64,000 nt of DNA from an uncultured Bacteroidales bacterium (GTDB lineage Bacteria; Bacteroidota; Bacteroidia; Bacteroidales; Muribaculaceae): the NCBI GenBank assembly GCA_902777835.1, contig CACYVC010000001.1, forward strand, positions 31,736 through 95,735, read 5' to 3'. This document shows positions 43,475-53,392 of the stretch, piece after piece. The position numbers and the translations under genes were made by a program. How positions within the stretch are numbered: position 1 is the stretch's first letter; each line of letters opens with the position of its first letter. The notes under the pieces are model-generated. The model ran no database searches, was not told the origin of the DNA, and saw only the letters and a program-made list of their open reading frames with translations.

Positions 43475-44953
43475 ATGACTATTAAAGATTTGAATCCACA
43501 GGCAGTGTGGTCTATATTTGACGAGATCACCAAAGTACCCCGTCCATCGGGCAACGAAGAAGGCAAGTTAGACAAAATCCGCGCATGGCTCGTGGATTTC
43601 GCCAAGAAGCACAATCTGGAATACAAGATTGACAAGACTGGTAACGTAGCAATCTTCAGGCCAGCAGCGCCCGGATACGAAAATTGCAAAGGCATCGTGC
43701 TGCAAGGCCACATGGACATGGTAGCCGAGAAGGGTCCTGGATCTACACACAACTTCGACACCGACCCCATCGAGACCATTATTGACGGAGATTGGGTTCG
43801 CGCCAATAACACCACTCTTGGTGCCGACGACGGCATGGGACTCGCTATTGCACTTGCTGCAGTAATTGAGCCATCGCTCAAGTGTGGTCCTCTCGAGGCA
43901 CTTGCTACCGTTGACGAGGAGACTGGACTCACTGGTGCTAGCAATATTGAAGCCGACATGCTCGTGGGTGATTATCTTCTCAATCTCGACGAGGAGGAAG
44001 ATGGCGTGATCACAATGGGTTGTGCTGGTGGTTTGGTGAGCATCTTCAAGTTCAACTACAAGCCCGAGGCTGCTCCAAAGGATCGCATCTACTTCGAAAT
44101 CAAGTTTGAGCATCTGCACGGTGGTCACAGTGGTGCCGATATCCACTTGGGTTATGCTACTACCACCAAGCTCAGCAGCCGCTTGCTGTGGAACATTGGT
44201 GCTGAGATGGACTATGTGCTGGCATGCATCGACGCCGGTAACCTGCACAATGCTATCGCACATGCCGCTACCGTTGTTGTAGGCATCAAGCCTGAGGACA
44301 AGGAGAAGCTTAGCGTTGTTCTCAACACTTTCATCGCCGACGTGAAGAACGAGTACAAGCGTACCGAGCCCAAGATGGAAATCACTTGCAAGAGCATCGA
44401 CGTTCCCGAGACTATTATCGACACCGACACAGCACGTAGAGTTGTTGATGCAGTCTATGCTGCTCCTCACGGCATTGCTGCTATGAGCATGGAGATTCCT
44501 GGACTCGTTGAGACATCTACCAACCTCGCCAGCGTTAAGATGCGCGAGGGTAACCAGATTGTTGTAGAGATGTTCCATCGCTCGTCAATCGAGAGTGGCA
44601 AGTATGACCTCACTCACAAGTGCGAGACTATCTTCCGCTTGGCTGGCGCCAACGAGATTATCAGCGAGGGTGGATACCAGGGATGGGAACCCATCGCCGA
44701 CAGTCACCTCCTCACTGTTGCACAAGAGCAATGGGAGAAGCTCTTTGGCATTAAGCCCGAGGTTAGAGCCATCCACGCAGGTCTCGAGTGCGGTCTGTTC
44801 CTAAAGGCTCGTCCCGATATGGAAATGATTTCTTTCGGTCCCACACTGCGCGACGTTCACTCGCCAGCTGAGCGTTGCCACATCCCCGCTGTGGAGAAGG
44901 CATGGAAGCAAGTTCAGGCCATCCTCAAGGCACTTGCCGAAGAAAGCAAGTAA
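43475..44953 (+). CDS. pepD: Aminoacyl-histidine (Xaa-His) dipeptidase, M20 family
   Basis: 492 aa. LNPQAVWSIFDEITKVPRPSGNEE...LQGHMDMV...GADDGMGLA...DEETGLTGA are typical PepD metal-site motifs. Confidence 0.92.
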   Translation: MTIKDLNPQAVWSIFDEITKVPRPSGNEEGKLDKIRAWLVDFAKKHNLEYKIDKTGNVAIFRPAAPGYENCKGIVLQGHMDMVAEKGPGSTHNFDTDPIETIIDGDWVRANNTTLGADDGMGLAIALAAVIEPSLKCGPLEALATVDEETGLTGASNIEADMLVGDYLLNLDEEEDGVITMGCAGGLVSIFKFNYKPEAAPKDRIYFEIKFEHLHGGHSGADIHLGYATTTKLSSRLLWNIGAEMDYVLACIDAGNLHNAIAHAATVVVGIKPEDKEKLSVVLNTFIADVKNEYKRTEPKMEITCKSIDVPETIIDTDTARRVVDAVYAAPHGIAAMSMEIPGLVETSTNLASVKMREGNQIVVEMFHRSSIESGKYDLTHKCETIFRLAGANEIISEGGYQGWEPIADSHLLTVAQEQWEKLFGIKPEVRAIHAGLECGLFLKARPDMEMISFGPTLRDVHSPAERCHIPAVEKAWKQVQAILKALAEESK

Positions 44954-44984
44954 TTTTCTTTAAGAGGATAGAATAATAAAAAAA

Positions 44985-45017
44985 AGAGGCTGCATTCCAC
45001 TAAGGGATGCAGCCTCT
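44985..45017. terminator. Bidirectional terminator between pepD and the 3D-domain gene
   Basis: AGAGGCTGCAT-tccactaaggg-ATGCAGCCTCT, flanked by A8 upstream and TTTAAT downstream. Confidence 0.8.
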
Positions 45018-45037
45018 TTAATCGTGTGTGAGAGAAG

Positions 45038-45421
45038 TTATGACTTCTTGCGAATTTGCACTTTTATTGGTCCGTGGAAGTTCATCTTGTCACCTTTAGG
45101 AAGAAGGATGTCGATGTGGTTTCTCAGGCGTGGCGCCATTTTGTCTTTCACGATCCATACACCATTGAGTTTCTCATTAGAGCACTCGATGATAACTTCG
45201 TCGCCCATTTTCACTCCCAGTTTTTTGAACAAGTCGTGCGAGAGAGCGACCCATTTAATCTCATAATTTCTTAGCTTGTTGTTGTCGATTCTCGAACCGC
45301 TGGCTGTTACCCAACCTGCGCCTCCCATGCCAGGGTGATACTTTGTAGCTGTCACAGTCACTTGACCACTTGCATTGATTGAACAGATTAACAACGCTAA
45401 TAAAAATAAAACTTTACGCAT
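45038..45421 (-). CDS. Small secreted 3D-domain / double-psi beta-barrel (MltA/RlpA-like fold) protein
   Basis: 127 aa with a signal peptide. TATKYHPGMGGAGWVTASGSRID...WVALSHDLFKKLGVKMGDEVIIE...NHIDILLPKG resembles 3D-domain proteins. Confidence 0.55.
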   Translation of the reverse strand: MRKVLFLLALLICSINASGQVTVTATKYHPGMGGAGWVTASGSRIDNNKLRNYEIKWVALSHDLFKKLGVKMGDEVIIECSNEKLNGVWIVKDKMAPRLRNHIDILLPKGDKMNFHGPIKVQIRKKS

Positions 45422-45502
45422 ATAAATATGTGTTGGTTAATAAATGTGCTTTTCGGCTTGCGACTTAAATTTAAGAAGCTTTGTAACACTCAAAAAGCGC
45501 TG

Positions 45503-45510
45503 CAAAGATA
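45503..45510 (-). promoter_or_regulatory. Candidate -7 box TATCTTTG for the 3D-domain gene
   Basis: The + strand caaagata, ~82 nt upstream of the ATG at 45421. Confidence 0.35.
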
Positions 45511-45548
45511 CGAAGTTTTTTTGAAACTGCAAAATGGTATAAGCAAGT

Positions 45549-45599
45549 AGAGGACAAGAGTGCTGTGAAATGGTTTGCATTAGCAGCACCTTGTCCTCT
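45549..45599 (-). terminator. Long hairpin just downstream of ftsH
   Basis: AGAGGACAAGAGTGCTG...18-nt loop...CAGCACCTTGTCCTCT (16 bp with one bulged A). No clear U-run on the minus strand. Confidence 0.5.
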
Positions 45600-45624
45600 A
45601 TTTGTTGTTTATTCTATGTTGCTG

Positions 45625-47688
45625 TTATTCAGGAATTTCGGCCTTGAACTCTGGAGGTAGTTCTTCGTTGGGGAGTGCCGGCACGTCGTCGTCTTGCTCA
45701 CCGCTGGGGAGGGCAATGCTTGTGTTGTCGTCCGACTCGCTAGATTTGTTTTGCCCCTCACCCTCAAGGATGTCGTTGCGCGAAGTCCATTTGCGTTTGC
45801 CGAAGATATGTTCCATGTCTTCGGTATAGATTACCTCTCGTTCGAGCAGCATTTGAGCTAACTGGTGATGCCCGTCGCTATATTCGCTGAGCACCTCACG
45901 TGCACGCACATATTCCTTGTTGATGATTTCTTGCACTTCTTTGTCTATAGCTCTAGCACGCTCTTCACTGTAGGGTTTAGAGAAGCCATATTCATCGGTG
46001 CTGTTGTAGTAAGACACATTAGGCATTGTTTCGCCCATGCCATAGAATGTCACCATTGCTGTAGCAATCTTGGTGGCGCGTTCCAGATCGTTGAGTGCAC
46101 CAGTGTCAATCATTCCCAAGTACATCTCCTCGGCAACACGTCCTGCTAGGAGCGAGCATATCTTGTCGAGCAGAGCTTGACGAGGAGTGATTTGCCTTTC
46201 TTCAGGCATATACCATGCTGCGCCTAGAGCTTTGCCTCGTGGCACGATGGTCACCTTGATAAGTGGGTCGCCATATTGCAGCTGCCAGCTTACTGTGGCG
46301 TGGCCTGCCTCATGCACGGCAATAGACTTACGCTCCTCCTCGGTCATAACCTTCGATGCCTTCTCAAGTCCGCCAATTATGCGGTCGATGGCGTTGTTGA
46401 AGTCTTGTTTTTGCACAGCCACTTTATTGTTGCGAGCGGCGATGAGTGCCGCCTCGTTGCACACGTTGGCGATATCGGCACCCGAGAAGCCTGGTGTCTG
46501 TCGTGCCAGCAGATTGAGATCTACGCTGCCGTCGGTCTTCACGCCGCGTAGGTGTACTTGGAAAATCTCCTTGCGGTCGTTCAACTCAGGTAGATCCACA
46601 TAGATTTGTCGGTCAAAACGTCCAGCACGTAGCAGAGCCTTGTCAAGCATATCCACGCGGTTGGTAGCGGCAAGTATGATAATACCGCTATTGGTGCCAA
46701 AACCGTCCATCTCGGTGAGCAGCTGGTTGAGGGTACTTTCGCGCTCATCGTTGCTGCCCATCTTTGGGTTGTTGCCACGTGCACGACCCACAGCGTCGAT
46801 CTCATCAATAAAGACAATGCATGGGGCTTTGTCTTTGGCCTGCTTGAAAAGGTCACGCACACGTGATGCGCCCACGCCCACAAACATCTCGACAAAATCA
46901 CTACCCGAAAGAGAGAAGAATGGCACGTCGGCCTCACCAGCCACTGCCTTAGCAAGCAAAGTCTTACCCGTTCCTGGAGGGCCCACAAGCAGAGCGCCCT
47001 TAGGAATTTTGCCTCCAAGGTTTGTGTAGCGCTTTGGACTCTTGAGGAAGTCAACGATTTCGGCGACTTCAGTCTTTGCCTCAGCTAGACCTGCCACGTC
47101 TTTGAAGGTAACCTTCGACTGGTTGTTTTTGTCAAAAAGCTTGGCTCTTGACTTGCCTACGCTAAAGATACCACCTCCGGCGCCTCCTGTCATGCGTCGT
47201 GACATGAAAATCCAGAAGGCGATTAGCAGCAGGATTGGTCCAAAGCCCCAAATCCAATAGGAGTAGTCGTTGGCAGCGTCATATTTGCATGTGCCATTGA
47301 ATTTTTTGTCTTCCTTTAGTTTTGTGATATATGTCTCAAACTGATCGGTGCTTGGGATTTTAAATGAAAGGTAGGGTTTTGCCTTACCTGTGTTCTTGGA
47401 ATCGTTGGGAATGCCAAAAGCTTTTGCAACAGAGTCGCTGACAAAAGCTTGTGCCTCATCTTTGTTGCTATACACCAAGACGCTATCAATCTGTCCTTTC
47501 TCGGCAAGTTCTTGGAATTGTGTCCAGTTGATGGTGCGGTTTGGCGAATAGTCATTGAAGAAATACATGCCCAGGATTATGGCCAAGATGATTATATAAA
47601 GCCACATTATGTTAAACCCGCCTTTTTTGTTTTGAGACGAGTTTTTATTGCCTGAGCTGTTATTGTTGCCAAAAATGTTGTTTGCCAT
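45625..47688 (-). CDS. ftsH: ATP-dependent zinc metalloprotease FtsH
   Basis: 687 aa. Walker [14 protein letters not shown], Walker [13 protein letters not shown] region, and the zinc motif HEAGHA. Confidence 0.97.
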   Translation of the reverse strand: MANNIFGNNNSSGNKNSSQNKKGGFNIMWLYIIILAIILGMYFFNDYSPNRTINWTQFQELAEKGQIDSVLVYSNKDEAQAFVSDSVAKAFGIPNDSKNTGKAKPYLSFKIPSTDQFETYITKLKEDKKFNGTCKYDAANDYSYWIWGFGPILLLIAFWIFMSRRMTGGAGGGIFSVGKSRAKLFDKNNQSKVTFKDVAGLAEAKTEVAEIVDFLKSPKRYTNLGGKIPKGALLVGPPGTGKTLLAKAVAGEADVPFFSLSGSDFVEMFVGVGASRVRDLFKQAKDKAPCIVFIDEIDAVGRARGNNPKMGSNDERESTLNQLLTEMDGFGTNSGIIILAATNRVDMLDKALLRAGRFDRQIYVDLPELNDRKEIFQVHLRGVKTDGSVDLNLLARQTPGFSGADIANVCNEAALIAARNNKVAVQKQDFNNAIDRIIGGLEKASKVMTEEERKSIAVHEAGHATVSWQLQYGDPLIKVTIVPRGKALGAAWYMPEERQITPRQALLDKICSLLAGRVAEEMYLGMIDTGALNDLERATKIATAMVTFYGMGETMPNVSYYNSTDEYGFSKPYSEERARAIDKEVQEIINKEYVRAREVLSEYSDGHHQLAQMLLEREVIYTEDMEHIFGKRKWTSRNDILEGEGQNKSSESDDNTSIALPSGEQDDDVPALPNEELPPEFKAEIPE

Positions 47689-47716
47689 TTAATAAAAAAA
47701 GATGATGTGTGATACA

Positions 47717-48076
47717 TTAATCGAGATTAGGTATTTGCCTTACGTCGGCATCGGCCCATAGCTCCTCAAGGTTGTAGCGCTGACGCTCCTCAGGAAGGAA
47801 TATATGAGCAAAAACTGTGCCATAGTCAATTACTATCCATTGCGAGTTTTGATATCCGTCGTAATTATAAGGTTTTTGACCTGTTTTTTCTTGCACATAC
47901 TCCCTTACGCTGTCGGCAATAGCCTCTACTTGAATCTTAGTGTTGCCAGTGCCAATAATAAATGCAGTGGCGGTTGCATACTCAAGTTTCGTGAGGTCGA
48001 TGTGTGTGATGTCATGTCCTTTCTTCTCTTGTATTCCCTCGATAATACGTTCTATAAGTTCAGATGTTTCTGTCAT
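47717..48076 (-). CDS. rsfS: Ribosome silencing factor RsfS (iojap-like)
   Basis: The ATG at 48076 gives MTETSELIERIIEGIQEKKGHDITHIDL...WIVIDYGTVFAHIFLPEERQRYNLEELW. The longer track ORF (to 48118) would include the -7 box. Confidence 0.9.
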   Translation of the reverse strand: MTETSELIERIIEGIQEKKGHDITHIDLTKLEYATATAFIIGTGNTKIQVEAIADSVREYVQEKTGQKPYNYDGYQNSQWIVIDYGTVFAHIFLPEERQRYNLEELWADADVRQIPNLD

Positions 48077-48103
48077 TTTAAAATATTTATAACTATTTAA
48101 TCT

Positions 48104-48111
48104 ACAAAGAT
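48104..48111 (-). promoter_or_regulatory. -7 box TATCTTTG for rsfS-ftsH
   Basis: The + strand caaagata, 28 nt upstream of the ATG at 48076. Confidence 0.5.
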
Positions 48112-48180
48112 AGAACATTTATTATTTATAGCAAAAAAAATAATGCTCGTTTTATTTTTTTTAGAAAAACAAATATAAAA

Positions 48181-48208
48181 ATCGCCAGTTGCAGAGGCTG
48201 CTGGCGAT
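48181..48208 (-). terminator. Terminator after the DUF3127 gene
   Basis: The minus strand reads ATCGCCAG-cagcctctgcaa-CTGGCGAT followed by TTTTATATTTG. Confidence 0.7.
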
Positions 48209-48230
48209 TTTAGATATTATGTATGCCTAA

Positions 48231-48620
48231 CTAGAATGGTAGGTCATCTTCTTGTGTCTGCTCAAAACTCATATCAGCAGCAGGTGCTGGAGGCACTGGA
48301 GCAGCTGGAGGTGCATCGTTGGTGGGGACAGGTGCAGCAGCGGGAGCGTTTGCGTCGATTTTCTCGGCTTTCCATCCACGTATGTCGGTGTAGTAGCGTC
48401 CTTGATATTCACGGCACTCGATGTCGAAACTAAGGTTAATCATATCGCCAACTTCGAGGTTAAACTGGTCGGCGCGGTCACCAAAGAAGTCGAAATAGAT
48501 TTTGCGTGGGAAACTGTCGAGAGTCTCGAGCAGGTAGTTCTGCTTTTTCCAAGGGTTACCTGCCTTAGAAGTGCCGCTTTGGAGGTCAAACTTCTGTATA
48601 ATTTTACCTTTTACTTCCAT
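48231..48620 (-). CDS. DUF3127 (OB-fold-like) protein with an Ala/Pro-rich acidic tail
   Basis: 129 aa. MEVKGKIIQKFDLQSGTSKAGNPWKKQNYLLETLDSFPRKIYFDFFGDRADQFNL...DIECREYQGRYYTDIRGWK is the conserved DUF3127 pattern. Confidence 0.75.
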   Translation of the reverse strand: MEVKGKIIQKFDLQSGTSKAGNPWKKQNYLLETLDSFPRKIYFDFFGDRADQFNLEVGDMINLSFDIECREYQGRYYTDIRGWKAEKIDANAPAAAPVPTNDAPPAAPVPPAPAADMSFEQTQEDDLPF

Positions 48621-48669
48621 TTTTCTTGTGTTTTATGATGTTATTGTTTATGCGTTTTTAAAAGTTGTG

Positions 48670-48677
48670 CAAAGTTA
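48670..48677 (-). promoter_or_regulatory. -7 box TAACTTTG for the DUF3127 gene
   Basis: The + strand caaagtta, 50 nt upstream of the ATG at 48620. Confidence 0.45.
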
Positions 48678-48767
48678 GTGAATCATTTTGTTTAATGAAA
48701 ATTATGTGAGAGGAATTTATTAACAATTTTGTATTTGCAAGGCAATAGTTAATTGTACTAAGAAAAA

Positions 48768-48800
48768 CCAGCCTTACTACTGGTGAGGTAGCAAGGCTGG
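48768..48800 (-). terminator. Terminator after the amidase-dockerin gene
   Basis: The minus strand reads CCAGCCTT-gctacctcaccagtagt-AAGGCTGG followed by TTTTTCTT. Confidence 0.65.
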
Positions 48801-48831
48801 AAAGGGGAGAGGGGAAAAGATTAAATGTCTA

Positions 48832-51378
48832 TTAATTGCCGAGGATGATGTTATAGACGATGGTCACATCAGTAGATGTGATTATGCCGTCGCCATCTTG
48901 GTCATCATTGACAACACCAGTATAATCATTGCTGAGTATTATGTTGTAAAGCAATGTTATATCGGTTGCAGTTACATCTCCGTCACCGTTCACGTCGCCA
49001 GGAATTGCAGTAGATGCTGGTATGTCGTCAACCGATGCGGTTTGTACGGCAGAGCGGTCATAGTGTACGTACTTGATGTTGCCAAACAAGATGTCGCCAT
49101 CCCACGCTTGAACAGGTAGGAGTTCGCCTTCGTCATCATATTCCTCGTCGGTGTTGTAGTGACGCAGGTAGAACGAGTCGTAGCACCACTTTTGAGCGGC
49201 GCCCACTGTCTCGCCTTCACCAGTGAAATGGATGAATGGCTCGTTGTAGATGTCAAATGCCATAGTCTTCCATCCGCGGAAGTCAAGCACTACATGCTCA
49301 TTCTGGATAAGACCCGAAGCGCCTGTGCCATTGAGACGTACCATGTGGCACACCTCGTTGTTAGAGCCGTCGGCATATACCTCGCACTGGAGCACAGCAT
49401 CGTAGCTGTCGGTGTTGTAGTGGTTCTGGTCATAGCTGCGATACTCACGAATCTGCCAAGGACCATCGCAGTCTTGGTTGAACTCGTAGTGCAACAGATA
49501 AGACTTGGTGAGGTCGGTGCGTGGCACGATGCTTGTGAGTGCGATATAATTGGAGTTAGGATCAGCAACGCCGTCTTTTGAAGTGGTGTGGGTTGTGGAA
49601 CCTGAACCGTCGGGACTCCACCAGTGGTTCAATGCCGAGCCATCTTCAATCATTGTGTAGTCGAGCACTGGACGGTACTCTGTCATGAAACGGATATACT
49701 GAGTGATGGTGCTGGTGTTGCCCGAGAGGTCGATAAAGGTGCCGTTAATCTTTACGCGGTAAGTCTTGTCGAGCTTGAGATCAACATTAGGATAGAAGTG
49801 TACTACCGAAGCGTCGCGCACCACTGCATGAGTGGTGATGCCTTCCACTGTCTCACCATCGGCACACTCAAGTGTTATCATCTCGGTGGCGTCGTCATCG
49901 TTCCATGCAAGTTCCTCGTTAAACTCCACACGGATTGCTGGACGCAAGGTGTAGAGCATGGTCTCGCCCTCAACGGGAGTAGTGCTTGCAATGTAAGGCG
50001 CCTCAAGGTCGGCTGGCACGGTCATGAAGTTGAACACGTAGTTGCCGCCTTCTTCACCGTCGGCGTCACCGTCGAGCAGTTGGTTTGTCTGCGAGTTGCG
50101 AGCAATGCTGCCATCGATGGTGATGGTGTAGCTCATGTCGTCAAGCAACTGGTTAAGCACAATGCGCAGTGTGTAGTCGTTGTCCCACGAGAGAGTGACA
50201 TTGCCATTGTGGTTGATAGAGAACGCTTGCTCTACACTTTCTCGGTTCATGTTGCGTGAGAATGTGAGTACCATGTCGTTGATGATTTTCACAGCGTTTG
50301 GATTGCTGATGTTGTTAGAAGATACCACGGCAGGGGAGTTGGATGTGAGTTCTACATTGCCCCAGGTCACATTGTCGCCAGCGAGCCCCTGAGTGTCGTA
50401 GTTCAAAGTCACGGTGCGGGTAGCACTGGTGTAACCAGGGCAGGTGTAGGTGATTTCATAAGTCTCACCGGGAGTGAGCCCCTCAAAGAGGAAGAAACCG
50501 TTGTGTACCAGGTCTTTGCTGTTTACATAGTTGTGGAACAGTGACTCGTAGCTGTCGGTGACGATTGTCTGGCCGTTGCAGGTTACACTCACATTGTCAA
50601 TGGGCTGACCGTTCTCGCTGTTTTTCACAACGCCGGCGAGCATCACCTTCTCAGGTCGGTCGATGCCGCGATACTCCAAAATAGAACGGAAGGTGCCAAA
50701 TGCCTCCAGGCGTTTGTAGCTTTCGTTAATGTTCAGAGCTTGTTGCATGGGCAGGGTGTGGAAACCGCCCTCGCTAAGCAGCGATGCCATGTTGGTGCGG
50801 CGGTTCACCGAGAGGTAGGGGTATTGGTTGGTGTGAGTAGCAGGTGTGGGGTCATACCAGCAGCGGTCGTACCAGTTTCCGCGAGTAGTAGTCTCATACA
50901 TCACACTAGTGAGGTTAGGCGTTAGAATATCTCCATAGGCTTTGCCTCCGTGAGGCGTTTTCTCAATCTCCACACCATTCTTGCGCCATCCGCCAAAGAG
51001 CATAAGGGTGCTGTTGGTGTTAGCGCCGGCATCGCTGTGGATGGAGTAGAAGAAGTCGGCTCCCCAGGCGTTTGCCATGTCGGAGCGCTCCTCAAGGCTC
51101 ACCTCTGTTTGGTCGTCTTCACGAGTCATGTGAATGTTGTCGAGGGTTGCAGTGGTATATTGCATGAGATATTCACGAGTGGCAAGCCCCACGCGTAGCA
51201 CCTTTTGTGCCTCGGTGTAGCCATACATGCCCATGTTCTCGGTCTTGCTGTGCCCTGGGTCGATCCAGAGCTTGAAGTCACCCCATTCGGCCTTTTCTTG
51301 ATCTTGTGCGTTAACAACTGGTGTTGTCGCGAAGCAGCCAATAGCAGCCACTATCGCTAGTTTTATTAAGTTCTTCAT
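48832..51378 (-). CDS. Multidomain exported protein: N-acetylmuramoyl-L-alanine amidase (Amidase_3) domain, CarboxypepD_reg-like domain, SbsA/Big_5-type Ig-like domains, an unknown ~230-aa domain, and a C-terminal dockerin-type module
   Basis: The ATG at 51378 gives MKNLIKLAIVAAIGCFATTPVVNAQ. Amidase_3 pattern: LWIDPGHSKTENMG...EAQKVLRVGLATREYL...HMTREDD..VSLEERSDMANAWGADFFYSIHSDAG. CarboxypepD_reg-like segment: LAGVVKNSENGQPIDNVSVTCNGQ. Ig-like segments: LTFSRNMNRESVEQAFSI and LRPAIRVEFNEEL. The C-terminus is GDVNGDGDVTATDITLLYNIIL...DDQDGDGIITSTDVTIVYNIILGN. Confidence 0.8.
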   Translation of the reverse strand: MKNLIKLAIVAAIGCFATTPVVNAQDQEKAEWGDFKLWIDPGHSKTENMGMYGYTEAQKVLRVGLATREYLMQYTTATLDNIHMTREDDQTEVSLEERSDMANAWGADFFYSIHSDAGANTNSTLMLFGGWRKNGVEIEKTPHGGKAYGDILTPNLTSVMYETTTRGNWYDRCWYDPTPATHTNQYPYLSVNRRTNMASLLSEGGFHTLPMQQALNINESYKRLEAFGTFRSILEYRGIDRPEKVMLAGVVKNSENGQPIDNVSVTCNGQTIVTDSYESLFHNYVNSKDLVHNGFFLFEGLTPGETYEITYTCPGYTSATRTVTLNYDTQGLAGDNVTWGNVELTSNSPAVVSSNNISNPNAVKIINDMVLTFSRNMNRESVEQAFSINHNGNVTLSWDNDYTLRIVLNQLLDDMSYTITIDGSIARNSQTNQLLDGDADGEEGGNYVFNFMTVPADLEAPYIASTTPVEGETMLYTLRPAIRVEFNEELAWNDDDATEMITLECADGETVEGITTHAVVRDASVVHFYPNVDLKLDKTYRVKINGTFIDLSGNTSTITQYIRFMTEYRPVLDYTMIEDGSALNHWWSPDGSGSTTHTTSKDGVADPNSNYIALTSIVPRTDLTKSYLLHYEFNQDCDGPWQIREYRSYDQNHYNTDSYDAVLQCEVYADGSNNEVCHMVRLNGTGASGLIQNEHVVLDFRGWKTMAFDIYNEPFIHFTGEGETVGAAQKWCYDSFYLRHYNTDEEYDDEGELLPVQAWDGDILFGNIKYVHYDRSAVQTASVDDIPASTAIPGDVNGDGDVTATDITLLYNIILSNDYTGVVNDDQDGDGIITSTDVTIVYNIILGN
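48835..49002 (-). other. Dockerin type I-like duplicated loop-helix module (last 56 aa)
   Basis: Loops DVNGDGDVTATD and DQDGDGIITSTD, each followed by a hydrophobic helix, at the extreme C-terminus. Confidence 0.7.
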
Positions 51379-51386
51379 AGCTGCTA

Positions 51387-52229
51387 TCAATAATTGAGGT
51401 TAATAATGTAGATGGCACCGTCGGTGTCGTTGTCGAGGGCAAGTTTGGTGCCGTCGGGCGACACAGCGATAGTGACAGGAATAATATCAGTGTTGGGGGT
51501 TATGTTGATGGCGTTGCCGCTGTCAACATTCACGCAGTAGATGTCGCTGCCTATGAAGCGGTGGCCGTCGTCGGCGATGAGTGTCATCATCAGATTGCGA
51601 CTGTCGGGCAGCCATGTGGCGTGCGAACCTTTGCCTAAGCTCACGAGATTAGAGCCGTCGGCATTGCACACAAAGAGGCCTTTGGTCACAATTTGGAACG
51701 CGATTTTTGTGCCGTCGGGCGATAGGGCTGGGTTGATTACCCAGTTGCCAGCGTAGTCGCTAAGACCAGCAACTTTAGTGGTGGCGTTCTGTGGCTCGTC
51801 AAGCATGATTTGCAAAACATTGGTTGCTCCAGCTACTGTAGAACGCTTGAGGTTGTGAGTTGCGGGTGCTACTTCTTGTGCCTTGCCAGTGGCTACATTA
51901 ACACGCTCGATGCGTGTCATGCGCTTTTGATTCTCGATAGTGTAGGGGGTGCTCAGGATTTCCTGGTTGCTCTCCCATCTCATCTGGTAGCCAGCGCCCG
52001 GTGCTTGTGAGATTTGTCGCAGATCGGTTCCGTTGGCTTGCGCAACCCAGATTCCAACGAAGTTGTCGCCGGTGACAGCTAGCTGAGAGCCGTCGGGCGA
52101 CCAAGTAGGAGCCATAAGACCCTGCTCTGCCTTGATGAGCAGCTGTGGCTCGCTCCAAGATGAGGGCTGTGCCAAGAGACTGCTGCATGACAGCAATGCT
52201 GCTGCCGCAATGATTAGTTTTCTTTTCAT
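51387..52229 (-). CDS. TolB-like / PD40 (WD40-like) beta-propeller repeat lipoprotein
   Basis: 280 aa with signal/lipobox MKRKLIIAAAALLSCSS. Repeated PD40 signatures: PTWSPDGSQLAV, ALSPDGTKIAFQ and AVSPDGTKLALD. Its stop is 8 nt before the amidase ATG. Confidence 0.75.
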   Translation of the reverse strand: MKRKLIIAAAALLSCSSLLAQPSSWSEPQLLIKAEQGLMAPTWSPDGSQLAVTGDNFVGIWVAQANGTDLRQISQAPGAGYQMRWESNQEILSTPYTIENQKRMTRIERVNVATGKAQEVAPATHNLKRSTVAGATNVLQIMLDEPQNATTKVAGLSDYAGNWVINPALSPDGTKIAFQIVTKGLFVCNADGSNLVSLGKGSHATWLPDSRNLMMTLIADDGHRFIGSDIYCVNVDSGNAINITPNTDIIPVTIAVSPDGTKLALDNDTDGAIYIINLNY

Positions 52230-52511
52230 TGGCTTTGATTGTGTTAAACGGTTAGTAATTGGTTTGTTATTGTGAACAAAAGTAGTTGTTGTCTCGGTTT
52301 TTATTTCATTTGCTAAGATAGCGCAAAATTTTGGATTGACAAAATATTTTTAGTTTTTTTTGGAAAAACAACTTTTTTCAGTGCCTGTTATTGATTACCA
52401 GACATTGCCACAGCTTGTTTTTACATTATCTAGAGGCTTTTGAAATGCTCTATATTGCCCGAAAAATGTCTTTTTTAAGCTGATTTTTGCTGTTATTTTA
52501 AACTTTATTAC

Positions 52512-52519
52512 TACTTTTG
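52512..52519 (+). promoter_or_regulatory. -7 box TACTTTTG for porin copy 1
   Basis: Exact match, ~98 nt upstream of the ATG at 52617. Confidence 0.4.
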
Positions 52520-52616
52520 CGTCAAAATTTGCGGTGTGACTCCCTTGTGGGCATCACCACTCGCAATAAGAAAAAACGAGTTTAACAATATTATTTTAAT
52601 TAAATTTTTACTGATT

Positions 52617-53237
52617 ATGAAAAAAATCGCAATCGCACTGATGTGCACAATTTTTGCCGTTGGCGCTGCCATGGCTCAAAAACAATTCACTTTTGGTCCT
52701 AAGATTGGTGTTGACTACACTCACTATTGGGGAGAGGATGCATATCATGGTGGTCAATTAAACTATCAGGCAGGTTTGTTCATGGAGTATCGTTTTACCA
52801 ACAAGTTCTCAGTAGCTCCCGAGGTTGTATTTGCTGCACAAGGTGGTAAGTTTGAGTATGATAATGGAAGAGGTAGCGTTTACAAAGAGACCGACAATGT
52901 AAACTACATCAATGTTCCTGTAATGTTGAAATTTTATGTTGTTCCTGAATTAAGTATTGACTTTGGCCCACAAGTTGGTTTCAATATTTACAGCAAGAAC
53001 ACACAGGAGCTTAAGATTGGTGGTGAAGGCGGCAAAAAAACTTACGACATGAAGAATGGCACTAAGAGTGTTGACTTCGGTCTTGGCCTTGGTCTGACCT
53101 ACAATATCACCAACGATGTATTTGTTCAAGGTCGTTACACCATGGGTATGACAGAGGTATTTAAAAAAGAGTTAGGTGTCCTTAATGGTAAGGCTAAGAA
53201 CGGCAATGCTCAAATCGCCATTGGCTACCGCTTCTAA
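52617..53237 (+). CDS. Small outer-membrane beta-barrel (porin-family, OMP_b-brl_2-like) protein, copy 1
   Basis: The ATG at 52617 gives MKKIAIALMCTIFAVGAAMAQKQFTFGPKIGVDYTHYWG...NYINVPVMLKFYV...NGNAQIAIGYRF (C-terminal aromatic residue). Confidence 0.8.
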   Translation: MKKIAIALMCTIFAVGAAMAQKQFTFGPKIGVDYTHYWGEDAYHGGQLNYQAGLFMEYRFTNKFSVAPEVVFAAQGGKFEYDNGRGSVYKETDNVNYINVPVMLKFYVVPELSIDFGPQVGFNIYSKNTQELKIGGEGGKKTYDMKNGTKSVDFGLGLGLTYNITNDVFVQGRYTMGMTEVFKKELGVLNGKAKNGNAQIAIGYRF

Positions 53238-53271
53238 TCAAGCGATTTCCGCAAGAATTTAAAGAATTCAA

Positions 53272-53308
53272 GTGACCTACGCAAATGGTGCGTAGGTCAC
53301 TTTTTTTT
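53272..53308 (+). terminator. Rho-independent terminator after porin copy 1
   Basis: GTGACCTACGCA-aatgg-TGCGTAGGTCAC followed by TTTTTTTT. Confidence 0.9.
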
Positions 53309-53340
53309 GAATATTTTTTTGATTATTAAGATAATAGTAT

Positions 53341-53348
53341 TACTTTTG
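53341..53348 (+). promoter_or_regulatory. -7 box TACTTTTG for porin copy 2
   Basis: Exact match, 45 nt upstream of the ATG at 53393. Confidence 0.5.
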
Positions 53349-53392
53349 CAAATCAATCAATTTTTTGTTGAACTTTTAAATACGAGTATTTT

